Origin: Oikopleura dioica
Lineage: Eukaryota; Animalia; Chordata
DNA length: 64,000 nt
Assembly: GCA_907165135.1 (NCBI GenBank)
Contig: OU015566.1
Coordinates: 4,340,001-4,404,000 of the forward strand
Direction: 5' to 3'
Shown here piece by piece: positions 1-10,922 of this stretch (the stretch's first letter is position 1; every line of letters begins with the position of its first letter). Below the pieces are notes generated by a model. It was not told the DNA's origin. It worked only from the letters and a program-made list of their open reading frames with translations, and did not search any database. The translations under genes and the position numbers were made by a program.

Positions 1-135
1 CGACATTTCACTACATTCTGCGACATTTTGCGACGCTCGGCGACATTTGCGATGCTTTGCGATATTCGGCGACATTTAGCTATATTTTGCGACATTTTGC
101 GACATTTCGAGGAAAAAATCGATTTTTGCGACATT
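1..135. repeat. Degenerate tandem repeat of CGACATTT-like units
   Basis: Repeated cgacattt/cgacattttg/cgatattcgg units from the window start. Confidence 0.7.
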
Positions 136-493
136 TTTTCTATCGAAATCTGATTGGCCTACTCGCAAAATGCCCTTATTTGATTGGCTTAAAATTAAAG
201 GAAATTTCAATTCGAAATTTTTTTCGATTCGAACCAAAGTGCAAATATCAACCTTTCTCCCATTCGCCCAGTTATCACCGTTAGTCAGCGCTTAATTTTC
301 AGACAGTTTCTAGCGCCGCTTTCGATCTAGCGCGCGCCGGCCTAGATGGCGCTCACGCTCGGCGATTCGCGCGTTTTCACGATAATAAAAGCGCGCGTTT
401 TGCGCTTCTTCTGCATATCCAAATCCGCAAAAATCGAAATACTCGAAAACTTGTTCTTTTGAAAGCGAAGAAAAAAGCCAAGAACTGAGAAAA

Positions 494-1627
494 ATGAAAA
501 TCTTCAACTTTTTGACTCTTGGAGCTTTTGCCAGTGAACTCGCCACTCCACACAGGTAAAGTCTTTTCCTCATTTCTAGTGATAAATCCAGCTCTAGAAA
601 TCGACGAGAAGTTTCTCAGTCCTTCACCGGAGAAGAAGATTTGGATGTTTACAACGAATTTTTGGCTGGTCTTGCCGGTAAGTCCTTTTTTCTCCCAAAT
701 TTTTTGTCTCGAATCGCGATTTTCGAGCTTTTTTTATTCAAAATTCTTCTTTAGGCGGAGAAGTTGACGACCTCGAGCAGCTGATCATGGATCTCATGGC
801 TCAAGGAGGCAGCGAAAACGAACGATTCATCCAGGAACCGACCGAGCTTGAAGTCCGAAAATTCCGACAACTCAAGATCATCGTCCTTTGGCTCCAAGCT
901 GAGCAGAAGTTTGGTCGATACTGCTACTACGGATGCTATTGGTGAGACTTAAAACCTCCCTCTAAGGGTCTTGACTGTTCTTTCTAGCCTTCCAGAGGGT
1001 TCGCACAACATCGCATCCGGCGGCTACGGTCGACCAGTCGACAACATCGATCAATCCTGCTTCGACTTCAAGCAGTGCTACAGATGCCTCGTCGAAGAAT
1101 ACGACGGCGAGCGAGAGTGCAAAGGCGAAGAAGTCGGCTACCGATTCGATCTTCTCACCAACGACGATGGCAGCAAAGATGTCGTCTGCACCAACACTCC
1201 CGGCAGCTGTCGATACAACATTTGCCAGTGCGATCTTCAGCTCGCCAGGGATTGGCCAAATACGAATCTGAGTGGGATGTTTCTTACCACTCTGCCAAGG
1301 TAAAAATAAATATTTTCAAAAAATTCAGCAGCCAATCAAAAGCCAGGATTTGTCTTCTTAGCCAATTAGAAGGCAGTTTTTTCTTAGCCAATCAAAACCA
1401 CCAGCTATGAGTCATTAAAAATGACTCATTTTCAACATTTTTTCACCCATTTTTCAACCCTTTTTCAGGGCGGTTTCGTCCGAGAAGACTACTGCCGAAA
1501 AGGAGCTCCAGCCGGAAACCCCATCGAAGAATGCTGTGGAGACAAGACCACTTTCCCACTGAACAAACCCCGCCGAAGCAACCAATGCTGCGACGGACCA
1601 ACTGCCAAGCCAGCTGGTCAATGTTAA
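494..1627 (+). CDS. Secreted phospholipase A2-like protein, catalytically degenerate (5 exons, apparent 1-nt frameshift near 1245)
   Basis: Exons about 494-555, 598-~678, 755-~941, 990-1299 and 1469-1627, with GT-AG introns. Signal peptide MKIFNFLTLGAFA, RNRR site, YCYYGCYC Ca-loop motif, PVDNIDQSCFDFKQCY (His-Asp positions read Phe-Lys), CQCD motif and Cys-rich tail. One extra C at 1245-1246 is needed to reach the GLAKYESEW frame and the 1300 donor. Confidence 0.85.
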
Positions 1628-2758
1628 TTTTAAGCTCTTCTTCTTGTTTTTGACGAAAAAGGAACAAAAATGCCTGAAAACGGTGATTTTTTCCTTGAGT
1701 TTCAAATATTTGAAACGCGAACTTTTTGCTTGTTCTCTTTCTTTCTTTTGTATCACTGTACATATACAAACAAACTACACTGCAACTTGCGATTTGTAAG
1801 AAATCTTAAATAAATAAAAATCTCAAAAATAATCTCCAAATGTTTCTTCCTCTAAAATTCAGCCGCAGAAAGTGATTGTTATTTACTCAAGAACTTTGGT
1901 TATTGACGCCCTTATTTCATTTTTAGAAGAAAAAAAAATAAGGGGGTAACCATAGCAAATTGAGACGAAAATCGTCGAGAAAATCCAATAAGCGATGTCT
2001 ACCCCCTTAATTTATCAAATTGTTCTTTTGGTCAAACAACTTGAAAAAGCAATCAACTTGAAAAGAAAAGGAGGGGAAATCACGTGTTCACAAAAATAAG
2101 CCACGCAGCTCCTTTCTTTCGCGTGCCGATGACTTTTGCGGGCTACCATCTTAAGAATTCCAGCGGTGGAGTCGGTTTTGTTGAACCTTCTTCACCAGCT
2201 TTGATTTTCAGTTACCAACGCGTTGATATTTCTTCTCAAATTGAGCAGATTCGCGATTAAAAAGGAGAGCTCTGGACTTCGCCAACGTGAAAATAGATTG
2301 AGCACGAAAAAGAAATATGTCAGGTGCACTCATTCTGCCACATTTTCCGACGTCTCAAGGTCGCACCCCCTGCCGAAAATTCCGATGAAATTATATCATC
2401 TCAACCGTCTCCTACCGTAATCCCCCTTCCGTGACCTTCGCTACAGTTCCACATCTGCAGAACTTGATCTTCTCGGTTTAACAAAAACCTGCAAAGTAAA
2501 TTCTAGCGTTAAGAAGTTTAAGAAAGTTAAGCTCCAGCAAGGCGGAAAATTTTCTGACACAATTGGCGAACCACAAAATCAACTTGAAGCAAGCATTCTT
2601 TCGACGAATTTCATAAAGAAAGAAGGGCTCGTGGAAGAGGGCAAAACAGGAATCGGGAATATTGAAACAAGCGCGTTCAGAAAATAATTCAACATAGCAA
2701 AAATGAGTCAGAGTTCGTCTGATCTTGATTGAAAAATCGGTCAGTACTGAAGATGTCC

Positions 2759-2895
2759 AATTGTCACGAATGTCACAAAAGTCACGAATGTCACGATTTT
2801 GCTGAAAATGTCACGAAAACCCGTGACATTCATGACATTCGTTACATCCGTGACATTCGTGACATTCGTTACATTTGTGACATTCGTGACATTTT
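2759..2895. repeat. Inverted pair of 9-bp tandem arrays (TGTCACGAA)n / (GTGACATTC)n
   Basis: Left array tgtcacgaa followed by its reverse complement gtgacattc, forming a foldback. Confidence 0.8.
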
Positions 2896-3214
2896 TAGCA
2901 CTGTCGGGAAGATCCCTGATTTTCAGCAAAAGAGCTTTGATTTTCGACCTAATTAACTCGTGACAAGATGTCATAAGACCGGTTTTAGAGCGAAAGAATG
3001 TCTCTGCTCTAAATTCTCAATGTGACAAAAATTTTGTAAAAGGAGATTCTCCTAATTCTAGCGAAGCAACATTCCGTACTGTGCGATGAAGACCGCCGGC
3101 GTTCCGAAAATTCAGTGAGCTTTTGTCGGAAGGGATAAGAAAGGATTAATCAATTCAGGGCTTGATGAGAGAATTGACGCGGTAGGAATATTTCGGAGAT
3201 GGGAAAACCAAGAA

Positions 3215-3530
3215 ATCGGTCATATCATATGAGTCATATCATATCATCAAATCATAAATAATGACTCAAATAATATGAGTCATATGATATATCATCGACA
3301 TATCATACTGTATAATTCATACAACATATGATTTGATATGACTCACATTATGATTCATAACATGAGTCAAATGATATGACTCATATATCATGTGACTCAT
3401 ATAAGTCATATAATATGATATTAAGATGACATATCAAATAATATGATTCATCTGACTCATATTATATGAATCACAAATGATAGATAATTTGAGTCATATC
3501 ATAATGACATATTATTAATGACTCATAGAG
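3215..3530. repeat. AT-rich low-complexity array rich in TGA(C/G)TCA palindromes
   Basis: About ten tgactca/tgagtca words embedded in atatcat/atatgat repeats. Confidence 0.7.
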
Positions 3531-4059
3531 TCCTTTTTCTGCGAAAATCAACAATTTCGGACAGTAGAAAACGAAACTTCTGGGAAACTCACTTTCTTCT
3601 TTGATCGTGTTATTCCGGTCTTAATTCCGACAGTCGCTAATAGTTTCGTTTCTGTTGAATTTCTTCGGACAGGCGTTTATAATCACCTGTCGGAGGTGCA
3701 AGCACGATCACTGCCCAATTAAACAAAAAAGCGCTAATTAAATAAGCACGAAATCCGGCTATGACGACTTTAATCCCAAATAAGAGGAAATATAGTTTTC
3801 AAACGATTAACGCGAGAAAACTTTTTGGATACGTTTCTTGTTTTCTGGGAAAATGACTTTGAGCCTTTCCTTTTACAAGACAGAATGTCAAGTGAAATTC
3901 CCGCATCCGGACGAAAATTCTTCCGGCTTTACATCAAGCCACGTGATGAATAGTCGAGCAGACTTTTATTTATGGTCAACAATTATTTTTAGAGAAAAAT
4001 CAGAATTTTTATAAGAAATTCAAATTTCTCAGCATGCTTTTTAATTCTTAAGGATCCCT

Positions 4060-4215
4060 ATCGACGTGGTAGCCATTTTCAAACAGCGTTTTCTCCCCAT
4101 ACACCCTTAAGATTCCATAAGGTTTTATTTTCAAAATTAAGCTTATGAAGAGTTTTAGAGTAAAAATGAGTTAACGTCTAGATACCCTTAAGTTATCACC
4201 ATCAAATCGTCGAAT
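4060..4215. repeat. Dispersed repeat, second copy at about 46030-46200
   Basis: Both copies share aaacagcgtttt...tacccttaa...gaagagtt(t/c)tagagtaaaaatgagttaac...gatacccttaagt...tcaaatcgtc. Confidence 0.75.
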
Positions 4216-4583
4216 TAACTCACTACGCGGATTTTCATCCGAGCTCTTGAGTACCTAACTCAGGTTTCCGAGTTCAGGGCTCAACTAGATCAGTTTTTGT
4301 CATTTATGCTCCAAAATGTCCACAAAAAGTCTTTGACCTCGAATACTTTATACTTAATTAAAGCATCGCCTTTCCTTTTTTCAATACTTTATTGGCAAAT
4401 TTTAAATGAACTGATCGAAATCGACACTGAAAGACTGTTCTCGAAAATGAATTCATGTTTTTAGCAAAAGAGGACTGAAGCATTTAATATTAGATTAGTT
4501 CCTAACAATGTTCAAATAAATAAAACAGACAGTAAAGACAGTCCTTATAGCCAATTTTCATCGCTGCGTCTGTTGATTCAAAA

Positions 4584-4970
4584 ATGAGACTGACACTTTT
4601 AATGTCGATTTTTTTATACTTTGGTTTTGCTAAGAAGACCGGAGAAACGTAAGAGTAGATTTTGAGGATTTCTGATGGGAAACCAATAAAAAATTTCGAC
4701 AAATTTTGTACGGGCGGCCACTCAGCGGCTGATTCGCCGGTTTGCCGAAAATAGGCTTCTGATTGGTCGAAAATTTCAACGAAAAATTTGTCGAAATTTT
4801 TCTGTCGGTTCCAGACAGCTCTCTTTCTGATGATGACTTTTAGGAAAGAAGCGCAAATCGAAAGATTTAAAAAACTTATTCACGAGGCAAAGATCCGTTA
4901 TCTAAGACGAATGCTCATGGAAACATTGGATTCAACTGGTGGATACGGAATTCTAGCTGACTATTTCTGA
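4584..4970 (+). CDS. Small secreted cationic peptide, copy A (63 aa, 2 exons)
   Basis: Exons 4584-4648 and 4844-4970 with a phase-2 GT-AG intron containing a MITE. MRLTLLMSIFLYFGFAKKTGETKEAQIERFKKLIHEAKIRYLRRMLMETLDSTGGYGILADYF*. Paralogous to B and C. Confidence 0.8.
4670..4817. mobile_element. MITE family A copy (in the intron of peptide gene A)
   Basis: aaaaatttcgacaaatttt...ctgattgg...aaatttgtcgaaattttt(c)tgtcggttccagac. Matches copies at about 10031, 15735, 28645, 32175, 35781, 38535 and 48235. Confidence 0.8.
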
Positions 4971-5215
4971 CTCTTTCCCCTTTTTGTTTAAGAAAGAGTT
5001 GATTCTGAACCTCTGCTTTTTCTCGCCTTGCTAATTTCAAACAAGCACTTGAATAAATGATAAGAAAAAAACAATTGAACAATTGAAGAATGATGTAAAC
5101 GTTTTTTAAACAGTTGATTGCCTTAACAGTCGTCTTATGAATTAAAAATTGCCGAAAACTCGTGACATACAAAAAACAGATGAACTCGGGACTTCAGAGT
5201 TCAAAAAAAGATTTG

Positions 5216-5447
5216 ATGAGACTTGCATTTTTTCTTTTCTTTTTCATTTTATTTGTTTTTGCTGAGACCGATGCTGAATGGTAAAAAAGAGCTTTTTGTA
5301 AATTAGATCCATTGTTTTAGGAGAGCAAGGCGTCTTGAATATTTCAAGCGGCAAATACACTTGGCGAAAATTCGGATTATTTACCGAATGTTGAGGGAGA
5401 GATTGGACGAGATTGGGGGTTATGGAATACTTGCTGGTTATTTCTGA
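5216..5447 (+). CDS. Small secreted cationic peptide, copy B (63 aa, 2 exons)
   Basis: Exons 5216-5280 and 5321-5447 with a 40-nt phase-2 GT-AG intron. MRLAFFLFFFILFVFAETDAEWRARRLEYFKRQIHLAKIRIIYRMLRERLDEIGGYGILAGYF*. Confidence 0.85.
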
Positions 5448-5686
5448 CTGAAATTTACTCGAAAATAAAAGACGCATAACTATTTTAAAATGATGATTTT
5501 TTAATTTTTATTTTTTGATTGAAAATAAATTTATATTATATTTGCAACGCCGGACTTCTCTTAAATATGACGTCATTTTCTACTTTATTTTACCGAGAAG
5601 CCATTTAATGGTTAATGGTTATTAATAATAGAAATCAAGGATCTCCCTAATAAGTTGCTAAAGAGCTGTTGTCATAAGTTAAAAAA

Positions 5687-5931
5687 ATGAGACTGACACT
5701 ATTTTCGTTCATTTTTCTTGTCTTTTTTCGCGCGAATTGAAGGTGACCTGTAAGAGCTTGTATAAAATAAGATAGAATAGTGATTGATGAAATTGAAGGA
5801 GTTTGGCGCTGCTGGAAAAGTTTCACCGGCGAATTCACAATACGAAAATTCGCTACATTCGAAGAATGCTTGTGGAAAGACATCACAGAAAAGAGCATTT
5901 TGGAATTCTTGCCGATTTTGTTTCAGTCTGA
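5687..5931 (+). CDS. Small secreted cationic peptide, copy C (frameshift in T-run 5723-5728: assembly error or pseudogene)
   Basis: Exons 5687-5749 and 5799-5931. With the T-run corrected it reads MRLTLFSFIFLVFFARIEGDLSLALLEKFHRRIHNTKIRYIRRMLVERHHRKEHFGILADFVSV*. As written there is a TGA at 5738-5740. Confidence 0.7.
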
Positions 5932-6349
5932 GTTTTTTCAATAAAAAAGTCGGAAAAACCAACGTGAATTTCAAAAGAACTGAGTTGAGTTGGTACCCTT
6001 TACAACAAGAGAGCGCCAAGTGCACCCTGAATAAAGCGCCAAAATTTCCATAAATAACCATTCTCGTGGTAAAAGCACTATTCTTCGTACTAAGCCAAGG
6101 ACACCCTTAACCAATATAATATTTGCCACGTCGGATCAAACAACCCGAGAAATATTCAAAGAAGTCCACAAGTAAAAAAATCTGCCGCGCCGCATCAAAA
6201 ATGATTGAGTTTTCTACATCTGACAGGGCCTGTCTCATCCAGCATAGACCCAATTGTGGTTCTGACGCACTTGAAATTTTCCGGAAGCGGAGATTAATCA
6301 GTTTTTCTTTTTTTTTTCTTTTCAAGAAGTTTATTTTGTTCAGAAATTA

Positions 6350-9300
6350 CTATTGAGAAATTTCAAAAGGAATCTTTTCGACGCCGATTTTCTCCGCAAG
6401 TTCGTTGTAGTGCTCGATAATTTGCTTGTGGTACTGAAAAAGAATTGTTTATTATTGAGCAATATTTAGGTCTAGGGTCGGCAAGCTCGGTATGTAAAAA
6501 ACCTCAGACTGGGTCTGAAAGATATTTAATAAAAAGCCGCACAGCGCCTTTTTTGAAAACGAAGCCGCGAAGCGGCTTCGCAGAACTATTATTTAAGGGA
6601 TCCCCCAGAAGTTTTGAAAATCGGGGGTGATCCCTTAAATCCATTTGTTTATTTTGAAAAAGCCACAAAGCGGCTTTTTGTAAAGCCGCTGCGCGGCGTT
6701 TCTTTGACGATATTTTGGACCCTGACTCAGGTTTTCTTCACAGGCTGCCGACCCAAGCATTAGGTATCCTACCTTGATTCCTCCTTGTTCATCAGTTTGC
6801 TTCATATGAATCCTCTCCGGATCTCCCGCGACCAGGACCGGTCCCTTGGCGCTTGGGGACGGCTCCAAATCGCGATGCATTTTCATCAAATCTGACATTC
6901 GACCTTCAAAGCCCGGAGCAAAAGAGCTAGAAATTCACTCAATATAAGTGTATTCACGAATTTAGACGACAAACACGGGGGCCCTTTTTTAGAGCAAGGC
7001 TCTTGCATTTTGAAACCAGACTTAACCTACTTTTTAAGACAACGGATATGACTTTAGAGGGCCCGTAATGTTTTGTGTCGAACATGGGCTTAAGGTAACG
7101 ACACGTGTTTCTTTTCCAAAATATGGGTCAACGATTTCGATAATTTTCTTTCAAAAACGCTTGTTTTTGTTTTTACCTTGGATCAATTGCCATAAAACAT
7201 TGCCCCAAATTCGCTTCCTCGTCGTTTTCCCCGTGAAAACCCCATCTTCTCACATTCGATCCATATTTCCCATCCGCCAGGATTCCGCAAAGCACCTCGA
7301 CCATCATGCACAAGCCAAAGCCTTTGTAGCCCCCTGTCTCTTCAGTTCCGCCAAGGGGAAGGAGCCCGCCTTCTTTCATGCACAGATTTGCGTCGTTTGT
7401 CACGTCGCCGACTTTGTTCGTTCCCCAACCGTCTTTAAAGATTTTGCAAAATTGAAAATTTTGAAGATGATGAAAATACGTGTTATCCGAAAAGAGACAT
7501 GAGTTGGTAACATGAAAATTTCACGTGTTTTGGAAACATGGATATCTGATCATACAATTTCGAGTCGAAAATTTCGACGTTTTGGAAGGTCCCAAAGAAT
7601 AAAGACTAGGGTGTGAAATCTTCGAAGGTTTTTTCGGCTCGTTTTTTCTCAACAAATCAGAAGCAAGTATTTTTTCTCTCAGCCAATCACAGTCGAGCAA
7701 ATCCCTCAAGAGCCCCGAATCCCCCTTAGCCTACCCTAGCCAATATGACTCATTAAATAAGGGTGTCACTATTGAAAGCTTTATATATAAACTAGGGTAG
7801 GCGAAGGGGGATTCGGGGCTCTTGAGGGATTTGCTCGACTGTGATTGGCTGAGAGAAAAAATACTTGCTTCTGATTGACCGAGAAGAAAACGAGCCGAAA
7901 AAACTTTCGAGGATTTTATAATTGTTTTCGATAAAAATCTTTCCTGGAATTGGGATGCCTCTTCGTTGATTAACTTCAATTTTCCCAAGCGCAACTTTTT
8001 TCCCGGTTACTCATTTTTCCCCTTTTTTCTTATAAAATGATAGGTTTTTACCGGTTTTCCTGTTGTCGTCGCCATATCCAGACCAAAGTAATCATCTCCC
8101 TCCGCCGGAGCAAAGAAAGAAATCGGGTTGGTTCCCAAAGACGGGGCCGAACCACGAGTTGGATATGTTTTGGGAGAGGTGTTGGTGAAGGACATTCCGA
8201 TGAGTCCTTCTTTTTCCGCTTTTGCTGGTTCAATAATGCTGTTTTATGAAACGTGGTTGGAGTGTTGTTTCACGGCCGCGGTAAAAAAATGCACTTTGAA
8301 GTGACCATCGATCAGAATTGGGATGGTTTGATAAAACAGGGGAGACAACTGATGAGTCATTTTTAAAACTTGATTATTGAAAATTTTTCGAAAATAATAA
8401 AAATTTCCGTGCATGGCAAATTAAGTCTAAACAAGCCCCGTCTCTTAAAAAAATGCAAAACGGTCGGACTCCGCCTTAACCACATTCCTCGCTAGAATCA
8501 ATTTCTTGAACCTGACCCCATCAGAGCCCAGTGCCCCGCGATTGAATAATGATTTGCTCCTTTTGCAACGACCATTCCGATGCCGGATTCTTTCGCTTTC
8601 TTGATCGCCAATTTCATCGAAAAATCAGCAGTAACTTTTTGCCGGAATCGAGAAGAGCTCGCTGCGGATTTGTTTGCCCGAAGGAGGAAATTGAAGGGTT
8701 TCAAAACCGCTTAGAAAATGAGTTGATTCCGCTTTCCTGTTCCGAGAACGCCATTTCCATCGACCCAAGCAGTTGCTGCATTTTCCTGTTTTCATGATTT
8801 CTATTTTGAAATTTTTATCGACAATCAGCTATTTTTTAATATAACGCTTTTAAGTTATGAATATGTAGAAAGACAAATGCTCGATAAGATCAAGATATAT
8901 TGGACCCCCCCCCCGTCAGTTTTTTTTTGAAAATTCAAATTTCGTAATATCAAAATTTTGACTCTAGAAATGGACGTAGTATGGTCTCAAAATTCGGCGA
9001 CCCTCATTTAAGGTTAGTGTTAGGGGGGTTCCAAGGGGGCGAAGCCCCCTAGGTTAGGCCTTAGGGTTAGGAACTACGTACTTTTACCCAGGGGGGTCCC
9101 GGGGGCGAAGCCCACGGATTAGGAGTAGGGTTAGGAAAAATTAAAAAATCAAATTATACTTGGCCGAATTTTGAGGTCATACTACTGAAATGGATTCTAC
9201 GGGTCAAAAAACGATTTTGAGGCTTCATTTTTGGGGTTCTATCTCGACTCTAATACCCTTAAAATCGCGTTTGAAAATTGGGCTTTTCGCCAAAAATTGA

Positions 9301-10922
9301 CCTTTTTGCCCTAATTATGGCGAAAGTTTCGCCGCGAAACTATTGATTTTTCTTGGTAAAAATTACTCATATCAAGTTTTTGAAGCAATTTTAACCATAG
9401 GACGCATGAAAGAACCAAAAATATGGTGTTTTTTAAAATTTCCGTTTTTCGAAGGGATGAGCTGACGTGGGGGTCCTTAAATAATTATATTATTATTTAA
9501 AATCGACGTGGGCATTTTATGATGAATCTCGCATTAAAAATTGGTAAAATCATGGCTTGAGGATTTCTGGTTTGATTCCGGATGAGCTTTTGATGACGCC
9601 AACTTTCATATCTAAAAAATGATCCTCCTGGCGGTTGGAAATTGTGGCTGATTAGAAACGCGAATCATAATATTTTTTTTCTGAGCTTTCTTTTTGGAGC
9701 AGTCCGGAGAAAAATTGGACTGTTATTTTTCCACCGAAAAAAGTGATTTTCTTACCGTTGTGGTACATTTCCAGTCGATTGAGGCCGTGAGAAAAGTGTC
9801 CCCTGTAATCGGCATGCGCAAGTACTTCCCCCATTTGTAACGATTCCGCTTTTCAGAGGTTTTTTGATGTCATAAATTAGCTTTTTAAAATGTCCAACAG
9901 GATATTTTCTAGCCACGTGGATAAAAAAGGTCTCTTGATCGAAATCTCAATTCGATCCAAAAATTCAAGAGCGCTACGTGTTTTTGAATTTTTTTCCGCT
10001 AGAATTTGGACTACAGTAATTTTTAGGCCGGCATCTGGAAACGACAAAAATTTCGACAAATTTAGCTTTGAAATTTTCAACCAATCAGGACCCTGAATTC
10101 GGCAAACCAACCAATCAGCAGCCGAGAAGCCGCCCACGCAAAATTTGTCGACAATTTTTTGTCGGTTCCAGATGCTATCCCCTAATTTTTTCTTTTGAGT
10201 CGAAAGTGACTGTCATTTTCGTTTTCTAACCCGCGTCAGAGATGTTCCGGGACTGGCCGGATTAGGTCCAACGTGTTATCCCATTTGCAAGTCAGGGCCG
10301 GTAGCTGCCCGCCCAAATAAATAAAAAGTCAAAAGCCCGATTGATCCCCTTTCTCACATTGAGTCGAGAATGGAGCGGGATTTGTTTTGACGGACGGGAT
10401 ATATTTTCATTTTTATCCGAGTCAGGGAGATAAACCCGTGCCGTTAATAACGGTCCGTTATTTTAAACTGCTCAATTTGAAAAAAAATGGCAAGCTCCCT
10501 TATTTTCTCCAACCCAAGAAAATCTGACTTAGGGTGTGAAAAGAGCTAAAATGAACAGCCGCGTAGCGGCTTTTTTGAAAACGAAGCCGCGAAGCGGCTT
10601 CGCAAAAACTCTCAAATAGATCTAAAATTAAGTAATATTTTATCTTAATTTAAGATCTATTTGAAATTTTTGGCGAAGCCGCTTTGCGGCTTCGTATTCA
10701 GAAAAGCCGCTACGCGGCTTTTCATTTTAGGTTTTTTCCCACCCTACGTCGTATTTTCGAGCCCAGCCATTCTGACTCAAAAAACCTTTCCTTCATTAGC
10801 TCCAGCATTCCGAAGAACCCTAGAAATTCATTCTTTGATTTTTCTATTTTCAATAAAAAAAACATGACTCACCTAGTGACAAAGTTCACAATTTCCTTGC
10901 GCTTGACCAGTACTTGCGCCAT
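6350..10922 (-). CDS. Type-2 malate/L-lactate dehydrogenase (Ldh_2; YiaK/AllD/DpkA-like) family oxidoreductase, 11 exons
   Basis: Exons 10922-10873, 10819-10791, 9848-9756, 9611-~9560, 8785-8737, 8634-~8515, ~8225-8060, 7994-7944, 7432-7177, 6926-6773 and 6433-6350. Family motifs: [100 protein letters not shown]. Confidence 0.92.
6475..6754. mobile_element. MITE family B copy (palindromic, AAGCCGC...GCGGCTT core)
   Basis: Terminal inverted repeats gggtcggca...ctgccgaccc, with aaaacct(c/g)ag...gggtctgaaag / ccctgactcaggtttt and internal aagccgc/gcggctt palindromes. Other copies at about 10545, 18865, 19845, 22404, 31435, 33250, 38505 and 40007. Confidence 0.85.
7616..7917. mobile_element. Near-perfect foldback element (about 125-bp arms, about 52-bp spacer) in an Ldh_2 intron
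   Basis: 7616-7739 is the reverse complement of 7792-7917 with few mismatches. Confidence 0.9.
8890..9485. repeat. Dispersed repeat (other copy about 43270-43555) carrying a nested insertion at 8976-9185
   Basis: Both copies share ttctac(g/a)ggtcaa..aacgattttgaggct...tacccttaaaat...ggacgcat...accaaaaatatggtgtttt...gctgacg..gggggtccttaa. Confidence 0.8.
8976..9185. mobile_element. Small TIR element containing TTAGGG-like repeats
   Basis: 24-bp inverted repeats gtagtatggtctcaaaattcggcg / ggccgaattttgaggtcatactac, internal ggttagg/ttagggttagg, and a flanking direct repeat gaaatgga. Confidence 0.7.
10031..10182. mobile_element. MITE family A copy
   Basis: gcatctggaaacgacaaaaatttcgac...tttgtcggttccagatgc inverted termini with internal ccaatcag motifs. 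Confidence 0.8.

Noticed and set aside
2729-2974. ORFs with DIRDIR / VTNVTN repeats
   Set aside because: They are translations of the 9-bp tandem arrays, with no splice or compositional support.
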